Notes: generated from the sequence alone by a model not told the origin. Shown: positions 1 to 7,306, numbered from the stretch's first letter. The stretch: DNA of 10,971 nt from Caedibacter taeniospiralis (GCF_002803295.2 NZ_PGGB02000018.1:18164-29134); one strand, 5' to 3'. Numbers and translations are program-made.

Positions 1-231
1 GCTTAACAAATCTAATGGAATCTTTAATTCACCTATACCTTTATTTTTTCCATCATCGCCGTAACATTCAATAAGTCGATCATATGAATCTTGACTAATT
101 ACATGTTCATCGCCATCAATTATTATATAATTTTTTACCTCATCGGTATAAATTGACTGAATATGGTTAATATTAACCCACTCTGAAGTTTGATGTGATG
201 GGTACCTTATAAGTATAAACTGCGTATTCAT
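1..231 (-). CDS. Hypothetical protein, 3' end beyond window (77 codons visible: MNTQFILIRYPSHQTSEWVNINHIQSIYTDEVKNYIIIDGDEHVISQDSYDRLIECYGDDGKNKGIGELKIPLDLLS...)
   Basis: Hand translation of the reverse complement gives an open frame from ATG at 231 to the window edge; absent from the supplied track, presumably because it is truncated. Confidence 0.6.
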   Translation of the reverse strand, partial: MNTQFILIRYPSHQTSEWVNINHIQSIYTDEVKNYIIIDGDEHVISQDSYDRLIECYGDDGKNKGIGELKIPLDLLS

Positions 232-416
232 TTTTTATTTCCTAAATACTTCAATCATGGTTTTAAACCAGCTAAAATATTATATCATAACACCTTATTT
301 ATTTGTATTTTTTTAGCCAAAAATCAATATTTTAATAGCCCTGCGTATTAAAAATTTGAAAAATATTCGTGTCTCTCTAGTAGAGAATATAGTACTAATA
401 TTGTTATCATGGAACT

Positions 417-461
417 ACTGTGCTTAAACTCAAAATAGAAGTTGAAAAGACACAGCACTGG
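417..461 (+). pseudogene. Decayed 3'-end remnant of an Rpn-family nuclease gene
   Basis: actgtgcttaaactcaaaatagaagttgaaaagacacagcactgg versus the 3' end of the intact minus-strand Rpn gene actgtgcttaaactgaaaaaagaagtggaacagacacagcactag: 40/45 identical by eye; translates LKLKIEVEKTQHW vs LKLKKEVEQTQH*. Confidence 0.75.
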
Positions 462-560
462 CGAGTAGTGGTGTTCATGATCTACCACAGTGCTTTCACC
501 TAAAAATTTTGAATATAGCTTAAAAGAGAGTTATTTAATCTAAAAAATAACGGGAATTAC

Positions 561-1361
561 ATGAAAAATTTAAAGTTGAATAAAGTGATCCTGGCGCTAT
601 TTGCAGTGAGTGCACTTAATGGCATTGCCTTTGCAGAAACAGATGCTGAAAAAATCGTACGCTTAGAGCTTGAATTAAAAGAATACAAAGAGATCTCAAA
701 CAAATATAGAGCTGATTTGGATATATCACATCAAACGTATCAACAATATCAAATAGAAATGGATCAATCATATGCCTTAATAAATGAAAAACTTAAAGAA
801 GTAACTCAGGGATCATACAAAGTTTTTGATGAACAACAAGAGAAATTTGAGAATGAACTTACAGAAGAAGTTACAAAAACCGACAATATTAAAAATAATT
901 TAGATACGATTGGAAATAAAATAAAATCCTTAGAAAAAGAGGAAAAAAAATTAAAAGATGAAAAAAATCAACTGATTAATGATTTCAATCAAAAGATAAA
1001 AAACTTAAATGAAGAATTACTAAAACAAACAGAAGAATCTACACATGAGCTTGATCAAAAAATCAAAGAACTAAATACTGCCAGACAAAACGAAGATGTG
1101 CTAAAAAAACAACTCATAGATATAATTGAGCAACATAAGAAAAATTTAAGTGCGTCTAAAATACGTTTTAAACAGCGAGAAGCAGGTATAGTTGAGCACT
1201 ATAAAACTGTCGGTTCCACATTAGAAGCTCGGCTCAAAGTTATTACTAATACAAAAAGTGTTACAGTAGAACAACTGAAAAAAAATCAGGGTGCCTCGGG
1301 CCTCATGATAGATTTTGTATATCCATACACAAAATCGAATCGGCTATCCTCGGCGGTATAA
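561..1361 (+). CDS. Secreted/periplasmic coiled-coil protein; native part ends ~1288, last ~24 aa encoded by an inserted repeat
   Basis: N-terminal signal peptide-like segment MKNLKLNKVILALFAVSALNGIAFA, then Glu/Lys/Gln-rich heptad-like sequence; C-terminal GASGLMIDFVYPYTKSNRLSSAV lies in the repeat also found at 6392 and 7781. Confidence 0.75.
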   Translation: MKNLKLNKVILALFAVSALNGIAFAETDAEKIVRLELELKEYKEISNKYRADLDISHQTYQQYQIEMDQSYALINEKLKEVTQGSYKVFDEQQEKFENELTEEVTKTDNIKNNLDTIGNKIKSLEKEEKKLKDEKNQLINDFNQKIKNLNEELLKQTEESTHELDQKIKELNTARQNEDVLKKQLIDIIEQHKKNLSASKIRFKQREAGIVEHYKTVGSTLEARLKVITNTKSVTVEQLKKNQGASGLMIDFVYPYTKSNRLSSAV

Positions 1362-1579
1362 ATTTTGCCCGGGCCGCCCGCCTCAACGGTGCTTGTCCTC
1401 ACAAATTCGCTACGCTCATTCCGAACAGACAACACGTTTCCGATTCTACTCTACGCCTTGGGTAAAAGCTTTTTCACAGACTTCGCTCTGGCGCCTTCGG
1501 CACGTCGCTTGCTGATCAACAGCGCAAGGCTACCCGGGTCTACTCGCCCTCGCGTTCCGCTATCCATGGCTCGCAGCGA
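1289..1579 (+). repeat. GC-rich dispersed repeat, copy 1 (full-length, core 291 bp)
   Basis: Starts gggtgcctcgggcctcatgatagattttgtatatcc, ends gttccgctatccatggctcgcagcga; near-identical sequence on the minus strand at 7493-7781 and as a shortened form at 6392-6503. Confidence 0.9.
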
Positions 1580-1754
1580 TTGAGGATGTGGTAAGACTAA
1601 CCGAACGCTTGAAAATTAACCCTTGATACAAGTTTTAGAAAATTTTGAACCTTAGATGGTCTGTTAATCTAAGCGTGTAAATTTTACATAGGTTATAATG
1701 TAATCAAATTTATACTTAAGCAAACTATTAAAAACTACACATGGACATCGACTG

Positions 1755-2063
1755 ATGGATGATCTGAATACAAATCTCATTTGCGGTATCACTGATAAGA
1801 ATTACAAGATAACTCTACATACTAACTTAAGTAATCATCGTTTAAATGCTGAGAAAAAAATGGAGTCCTTTGATGACGAGAATTATAAAAAGCTTATTGA
1901 AATCGGTAAAAAAGCTGTATATGAAATCTCAGAGATCGAAGCACTGCCTTCGTTTTTGAACATGTATTACAAAGGTAAAGCGACTCTACTTTTCGAGATA
2001 GATATTAGTAAGTCTTCTACATTCACACATCCAGATAACCACGCTCGAGTAGTTCCGAGGTAA
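1755..2063 (+). CDS. Hypothetical protein (102 aa)
   Basis: Complete ORF with plausible codon usage outside the repeats; no family recognised. Confidence 0.45.
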   Translation: MDDLNTNLICGITDKNYKITLHTNLSNHRLNAEKKMESFDDENYKKLIEIGKKAVYEISEIEALPSFLNMYYKGKATLLFEIDISKSSTFTHPDNHARVVPR

Positions 2064-2157
2064 ACACTGGGTACACTAGCCACTTACGCTTTAATTTCGC
2101 GGGTAAATCGTTTCCATTGAGACTATTGAAGATAGTTCTTGATTTAGATCAAGTATT

Positions 2158-2343
2158 TTATGCCGATATAGCAATCTTGTAAGCCAAACATCCTAAAGTA
2201 ATCAAAAGGATGAAAGACACTGCTATAATGCACTTTTTCATATCTATCTCTAACGCCATCATCCGTTTTAAGTATCGTTTAAACGAATGGCAGATCGGAT
2301 TTAATTTGTTCATTTTCTTTATCATAGTCACCTCTTCTATCAA
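2158..2343 (-). CDS. Small membrane protein with one predicted hydrophobic helix (61 aa, or shorter from an internal Met)
   Basis: C-terminal MKKCIIAVSFILLITLGCLAYKIAISA is a strongly hydrophobic segment after a basic stretch. Confidence 0.4.
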   Translation of the reverse strand: MIEEVTMIKKMNKLNPICHSFKRYLKRMMALEIDMKKCIIAVSFILLITLGCLAYKIAISA

Positions 2344-2356
2344 TGATTAAACTCGC

Positions 2357-2593
2357 TCAAAAGGAGATTTCATCATCCTGAAAATTATTAACCGCTGCTG
2401 CTATTTCTTCAGCTGTTGGGAGTTTTTTGGCTTCAATATGAGAAGGTTTGCTCCCTTTCATCTGAGCATATTGATTGACTTTCTCTTGCCCATCTATGGG
2501 TTTATCAGATGGTCTTGCGTAGTGTATTAATATATTCAAAATATCATATATTTTATCATACAAATAAATATTTTTTAGAGTAGTTTTGAGCAT
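2357..2593 (-). CDS. Hypothetical small protein (78 aa)
   Basis: Intact ORF immediately upstream of the 61-aa ORF on the same strand; no family recognised. Confidence 0.4.
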   Translation of the reverse strand: MLKTTLKNIYLYDKIYDILNILIHYARPSDKPIDGQEKVNQYAQMKGSKPSHIEAKKLPTAEEIAAAVNNFQDDEISF

Positions 2594-2731
2594 TTTTAAA
2601 ATAGACGAGGCTATAGCTGTTTTTGAAGAAAAAAGTCATCAACCTCAAATAACACTGACCTATATCAAAATCTGTCAAAAACGCTCACACTACATGTCGC
2701 TGTTCTTTGACAGCATGAACACAACCAATCA

Positions 2732-3631
2732 CTAGTGCTGTGTCTGTTCCACTTCTTTTTTCAGTTTAAGCACAGTGTCCTGATCAAGACCTGTTCCTTT
2801 AACCACCTGTTCAGCAGATAACCCCATCAGTAAGAAATTACGTGCGGTTGTTTGTATTCCTTTTTGTATTCCTTTTTGCTCCCATTGTTCTGCTACCGTC
2901 ATAACATCACCTCTTAAATCTGGTTTGCTGTATATTAGTTTATCATGAAAATCCTTGGTTTCCATGTCCGAATATTGAGACATATACCGAATCAGTACTT
3001 GTCGTGCAATATGGTCATACGCTTCAATCTGATTAATCGCAATATCAAGCTTGCCATCGATGTTCTTTTCTCTGATGGCTTTTAAAATTAATTCGTATCC
3101 TGCAATAAAACCGTGTTCTAAAATTTCCTCGTCACTGTAACGATTAAGGTCAATGAATTGTGTCGTGAAGGCGTATTTTTTAGCTAACTCTGTATTGGCA
3201 AAATAATCATGGATATTAAGACTGTGACTAAATGGCTTTTGATTGGCATAGTAGATAATCGATACCACTAACGGCAAACCTTTTACTGTCTTGTGCCTTT
3301 TAATATAATCCAACAAGTAGCTGGTTTGATAATGTCTTGTGCGGATTAATATAGTGCCATCATCTCCAGTTTGCGATTCAATATGGACGAATACGGCACC
3401 GTTTTTACCATCCTTGAATTTAAAAAGAAAAGTTAAATCGGACTGTTCTTTTTGCTTTTGATTGTCCTTTTGCTGTTGTCTAACATGCTCAACATTCGCG
3501 GACTCAAGCTTGACAGTTTGCCAGTCAACTAACTCGACAAGTTCTTTAGGCAAGTAGGTCATCAAAAAAGAGACGGCAAAATCTCTATTAGCGATTAAAT
3601 CTTTAAAAACTGAATCATGTACATTTTTCAT
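2732..3631 (-). CDS. Rpn family recombination-promoting nuclease / YhgA-like putative transposase (PD-(D/E)XK type)
   Basis: MKNVHDSVFKDLIANRDFAVSFLMTYLP N-terminus, DLTFLFKFKDGKNGAVFVHIESQT core and YLLDYIKRHK...LPLVVSIIYY are typical of the family; 299 aa, apparently full length. Confidence 0.92.
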   Translation of the reverse strand: MKNVHDSVFKDLIANRDFAVSFLMTYLPKELVELVDWQTVKLESANVEHVRQQQKDNQKQKEQSDLTFLFKFKDGKNGAVFVHIESQTGDDGTILIRTRHYQTSYLLDYIKRHKTVKGLPLVVSIIYYANQKPFSHSLNIHDYFANTELAKKYAFTTQFIDLNRYSDEEILEHGFIAGYELILKAIREKNIDGKLDIAINQIEAYDHIARQVLIRYMSQYSDMETKDFHDKLIYSKPDLRGDVMTVAEQWEQKGIQKGIQTTARNFLLMGLSAEQVVKGTGLDQDTVLKLKKEVEQTQH

Positions 3632-3848
3632 TAATGAAATTAGTGTTTTTTTCTTCGACTAAGGAGGATGAGATAACAGTAACACAAATTTGATTTTTAG
3701 CAATTCTGTCATGGTTAACCAGAAAAAGTTCTCAAAAAAAGCATTTTTAAGTGTGTGTTTATGTGTTGCTATTTGGCTTTTATTTGATTTAATTATTAAA
3801 TAAATATTTATTATAATTGAATTTTATATGGACAAATAATTACAAATT

Positions 3849-4825
3849 GAGCCATGAGAAATGAGCCATGAGAATGAGCCATGAGCCATTAGCGGATTAG
3901 CTATTAAACCCTTAAGCCATAAGGATTTGAGCCATTACCCATTGAGCATTACCCATTGAGCATTACCCATTGAGCCATTACCCATTACCCATTAGCGGAT
4001 TAGCTATTAAACCCTTAAGCCATAAGGATTTGAGCCATTACCCATTGAGCATTACCCATTGAGCCATTACCCATTACCCATTAGCGGATTAGCTATTAAA
4101 CCCTTAAGCCATAAGGATTTGAGCCATTACCCATTGAGCATTACCCATTGAGCATTACCCATTACCCATTAGCGGATTAGCTATTAAACCCTTAAGCCAT
4201 AAGGATTTGAGCCATTACCCATTGAGCATTACCCATTGAGCCATTACCCATTGAGCCATTACCCATTACCCATTAGCGGATTAGCTATTAAACCCTTAAG
4301 CCATAAGGATTTGAGCCATTACCCATTGAGCCATTACCCATTGAGCATTACCCATTGAGCATTACCCATTGAGCCATTACCCATTGAGCATTACCCATTG
4401 AGCCATTACCCATTACCCATTAGCGGATTAGCTATTAAACCCTTAAGCCATAAGGATTTGAGCCATTACCCATTGAGCATTACCCATTGAGCCATTACCC
4501 ATTGAGCATTACCCATTGAGCATTACCCATTGAGCATTACCCATTGAGCCATTACCCATTGAGCCATTACCCATTGAGCATTACCCATTGAGCCATTACC
4601 CATTGAGCATTACCCATTGAGCATTACCCATTGAGCATTACCCATTGAGCCATTACCCATTACCCATTAGCGGATTAGCTATTAAACCCTTAAGCCATAA
4701 GGATTTGAGCCATTACCCATTGAGCATTACCCATTGAGCATTACCCATTGAGCCATTACCCATTACCCATTAGCGGATTAGCTATTAAACCCTTAAGCCA
4801 TAAGGATTTGAGCCATTACCCATTG
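3849..4825. repeat. Two-tier tandem array: 40 units of GAGCCATTACCCATT (15 bp) or GAGCATTACCCATT (14 bp), punctuated by eight copies of a 38-bp segment
   Basis: 38-bp segment agcggattagctattaaacccttaagccataaggattt begins at 3891, 3994, 4083, 4171, 4275, 4422, 4669 and 4772. Spacings of 103, 89, 88, 104, 147, 247 and 103 are exactly accounted for by 38 + 15/14-bp units + acccatt. The first ~42 bp are degenerate. Confidence 0.95.
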
Positions 4826-4835
4826 AACGAATAAA

Positions 4836-6272
4836 TTATTGAATTTCGTAATACGCGTGTCTACCTTTTCCAAACAATTTAATTTTTGTTTTTGACTTAA
4901 GTCTTTGCAGCCAAATTTTAACCATTTCTCTTGATTTGTCAGGAAATAACTCCATAGCCTCTCTAGTCGTTATTTTACCGTGCTTTTGAATATGTTTAAC
5001 AATCGCATTTTCTGCCAAATTTTCATCGTTTTTTAGTGGTTGATTTGGTTGAGTTTTTTCCTCTAAATCAGGTGTATTTTCCACTTTAATTTCATCATCT
5101 TTTTGAGCTATAATTGCTTCTGCAAATTTCTCTATTGATTGAATAGTAGCGATTTTGCCGTTTAGAAGCTCATCAAGAGACTTTTTTGTTATACTCGTAG
5201 GGTTGTATAGGATGATATCTTTTAATTCAAAGGCGAGCTTCCTAGACGCCTTTAAATCGGTGTTTAGATGATACTGTAGCGTTAATCCATTTTTTCTCCA
5301 CCATTTATTGATTATTTCAAAGTTTTCTTCTGACTGCTTCACTTGTGCTTGTTTTTCTTCATTTAATACCTCTGTATCGTTTGTATTTAAAGGCTTAAAG
5401 CCATTTTCAAGAAGTTTGCATAAATAGCCTGCAAGATTATGAATTTTACTTTTTTTGTTCTCGTTGTAAATTGTCTCAAACCCTTGTTCTATCTTGTTTT
5501 TACCATGTTTTTTAATTAATCCCATAGCGTTTTCTGATGAAAATCCCATATCCATCAATTCAGAAAAACAAAAAAAATCATCATCAAAATCAGTCACGTT
5601 TTCTGCGTAATGAGATTCGTCTGTTTGCAAAATTTCTTTGCGCGCGGTGATGATTGATCTCTTGTTTTCTTCTGTATTCTTATGTAGGGAGCTGTCTACG
5701 CCTTGCAGTGTATGGGTTTGAGAGGTGTTGACAATACACGGTTTGTCCATTTTTTTCCCCGTTTTGTCCATTTTTTTCCCCGTTTTGTCCATTTTTTTCC
5801 CCGTTTTGTCCATTTTTTTCCCCGTTTTGTCCATTTTTTTCCCCGTTTTGTCCATTTTTTTCCCCGTTTTGTCCAAAAAGCCCTGGTTTGTACAATTTTG
5901 GGTTATTTTTAGTTCTGTCTTGTTTTTTTTCTGAATGTTTCTTTTAATAGCTTCGTCAACAACCCATATTTTTCTCTGCAAAATAGAATTGTTGTTGAGA
6001 TCTTTTTTCCGATGAAGATAGCCAAAAGAGGCTAGTTTATCGATATGTCTCTTAATTGATTTTTTACACATATTAAAAAATTTCGCAAAAAAATCGTCAC
6101 TGGCGTAACAAACTCCTTCGTCATTACTCGATAGCATTTTGATTTTAGACAATAGACCAACCTGTATCAAAGACACACCTTCTAACAAAAAATATGACTT
6201 CGGAATTTTTACCATATCCTTTTCTTCATCGTTTAAAACTTGAGTTTGTTTCATGTGATAAATTTGATTCAT
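4836..6272 (-). CDS. Replication-initiator-like / helix-turn-helix domain protein with internal DKTGKKM x6 repeat
   Basis: N-terminal wHTH-like region (SLIQVGLLSKIKMLSSNDEGVCYASDDFFAKFFNMCKKSIKRHIDKLASFGYLHRKK), heptapeptide repeat, and second C-terminal HTH-like region (GKITTREAMELFPDKSREMVKIWLQRLKS). The track starts at 6320 with TTG; ATG at 6272 has a strong SD (aaaaaggagtcccaaaaATG) and is preferred. Confidence 0.75.
   Translation of the reverse strand: MNQIYHMKQTQVLNDEEKDMVKIPKSYFLLEGVSLIQVGLLSKIKMLSSNDEGVCYASDDFFAKFFNMCKKSIKRHIDKLASFGYLHRKKDLNNNSILQRKIWVVDEAIKRNIQKKNKTELKITQNCTNQGFLDKTGKKMDKTGKKMDKTGKKMDKTGKKMDKTGKKMDKTGKKMDKPCIVNTSQTHTLQGVDSSLHKNTEENKRSIITARKEILQTDESHYAENVTDFDDDFFCFSELMDMGFSSENAMGLIKKHGKNKIEQGFETIYNENKKSKIHNLAGYLCKLLENGFKPLNTNDTEVLNEEKQAQVKQSEENFEIINKWWRKNGLTLQYHLNTDLKASRKLAFELKDIILYNPTSITKKSLDELLNGKIATIQSIEKFAEAIIAQKDDEIKVENTPDLEEKTQPNQPLKNDENLAENAIVKHIQKHGKITTREAMELFPDKSREMVKIWLQRLKSKTKIKLFGKGRHAYYEIQ
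5745..5875 (-). repeat. Six perfect tandem 21-bp units (gtccatttttttccccgtttt on +) plus a partial, in frame inside the HTH gene
   Basis: Units begin at 5745, 5766, 5787, 5808, 5829 and 5850, followed by partial gtcca at 5871; encode (DKTGKKM)6DK. Confidence 0.97.
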
Positions 6273-6359
6273 TTTTGGGACTCCTTTTTCATGGATTGAA
6301 CAGACCACAGAAGTGAACAAAAAAGCTCTTTCACATCCTGCGATATGATAGTTATTTGA

Positions 6360-6390
6360 GATTTTTGATTTTTGATTTTTGATTTTTGAT
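6360..6390. repeat. Short tandem repeat GATTTTT x4 + GAT upstream of the HTH gene
   Basis: Read directly: gatttttgatttttgatttttgatttttgat, 31 nt with 7-nt period. Confidence 0.9.
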
Positions 6391-6391
6391 A

Positions 6392-6503
6392 GGGTGCCTC
6401 GGGCCTCATGATAGATTTTGTATATCCATACACAAAATCGAATCGGCTATCCTCGGCGGTATAAATTTTGCCCTCGCGTTCCGCTCTCCATGGCTCGCAG
6501 CGA
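6392..6503 (+). repeat. GC-rich dispersed repeat, copy 2, internally deleted (core 112 bp)
   Basis: Left end through aattttgccc and right end ccctcgcgttccgctctccatggctcgcagcga match copy 1 with 179 bp missing. Confidence 0.9.
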
Positions 6504-6516
6504 GCGATATCCCTAT

Positions 6517-6693
6517 TTAGGCATGATTATTTTCATCGGTGTGCTCAATATCTTTTTCAATAATTTGAACTTCCTTTTCAACGAATTTTGCACCTTCTTC
6601 GGCGAGTTTAATCTCAACCAGTGGACCTATCGTACATCCTCCTAGAATGATTGATAAAGATAGCACTGTCAAAACTTTTGAATATTTTTTCAC
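6517..6693 (-). CDS. Small putative lipoprotein (58 aa): VKKYSKVLTVLSLSIILGGCTIGPLVEIKLAEEGAKFVEKEVQIIEKDIEHTDENNHA
   Basis: Hand translation from GTG at 6693 to TAA at 6519-6517; basic N-terminus, hydrophobic segment and lipobox LGGC. Not in the supplied track. Confidence 0.6.
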   Translation of the reverse strand: MKKYSKVLTVLSLSIILGGCTIGPLVEIKLAEEGAKFVEKEVQIIEKDIEHTDENNHA

Positions 6694-6754
6694 TTTAATT
6701 TTCTTAAAAAGAAATTACATATTATATATATAAAATAAATATATTTTAATTGCA

Positions 6755-7306
6755 TTAACTTTCTAGTTCATCTTTGTTTTTTGTATCCTTAAAAAAAATT
6801 TTTGGTCTCCCTCTTGGTCGCTTTGGTTTATCTTCTATCGAAGATTTTTGTACTATTTTTTTTGGACGACCCCTTGGCTTCTTATCTAAATTATCAACGT
6901 AATCCAAGAGATTATCTGGATTAGGAATATGTGCTTCATCAGAAATCAAGGCTTTAAATTCATTTGCAAATTTAAAAAGCACTACGCGTTTCTCTCTCGG
7001 CTTTATTTTTTCCATAGTACGTGGGTTATGAGCATTTTTTCTAAAACTTACTCGTGTCTCAAAGCGCCCAAGCCCTTCAAGTAAAATAATCCGATTATTA
7101 AGCAACTGCTCACGTAAAAGATTCATTAACTCATAAAAGAAATGATTACAATCTTCTCTACTAAATTTCGTCTTGAGTGATAAATGTTTAATCAACTCAT
7201 TTCGACTCATAGATCGATTATCTTTCTTACATGGTCTTCCCCTACCCCTTTTAAGCACTTCTTGTTTGTCATTTTCTTGATTTAGTTTTTTTTCTGCGTT
7301 TATCAT
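6755..7306 (-). CDS. HU/IHF-family DNA-binding protein flanked by AT-hook-like motifs
   Basis: MSRNELIKHLSLKTKFSREDCNHFFYELMNLLREQLLNNRIILLEGLGRFETRVSFRKNAHNPRTMEKIKPREKRVVLFKFANEFKALI matches the HU/IHF fold, including GxGxFE and the NPRT arm; RGRGRPCKK precedes it and KPRGRPKK and RPRGRPKI follow. Confidence 0.88.
   Translation of the reverse strand: MINAEKKLNQENDKQEVLKRGRGRPCKKDNRSMSRNELIKHLSLKTKFSREDCNHFFYELMNLLREQLLNNRIILLEGLGRFETRVSFRKNAHNPRTMEKIKPREKRVVLFKFANEFKALISDEAHIPNPDNLLDYVDNLDKKPRGRPKKIVQKSSIEDKPKRPRGRPKIFFKDTKNKDELES

Noticed and set aside
454-494. Inverted repeat agcactg...cagtgct as a terminator or riboswitch
   Set aside because: Only 7 bp arms with a ~27 nt loop and no U-tract; the left arm is part of the Rpn 3' relic, so the pairing is probably coincidental.
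1289-1579. Classical IS element
   Set aside because: Too short for a transposase, no transposase-like ORF, and no convincing target-site duplication at any of the three copies.
1315-1583. ORFs 1315-1515 and 1365-1583, and the related MYIHTQNRIGYPRRYKFCP ORFs at 6418-6645 and 7381-7755
   Set aside because: All begin at non-ATG starts within the GC-rich dispersed repeat and run into unrelated flanks; most likely not genes, although the downstream tail of 7381-7755 appears to be the end of an interrupted gene.
3849-4825. CRISPR array interpretation
   Set aside because: Units are only 14/15 bp and tandem, the 38-bp interspersed segments are identical rather than unique, and there are no cas genes.
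5680-5934. ORFs 5680-5895 (-), 5703-5912 (+) and 5725-5934 (+) with NGQNGEK/FFPRFVH/FFPVLS repeats
   Set aside because: Alternative-frame readings of the 21-bp repeat inside the 4836-6272 gene; periodicity alone keeps these frames open.
6273-6320. TTG start at 6320 for the HTH/Rep-like gene
   Set aside because: The internal ATG at 6272 has a strong Shine-Dalgarno sequence (aaaaaggag) at suitable spacing, and the upstream residues look non-native.
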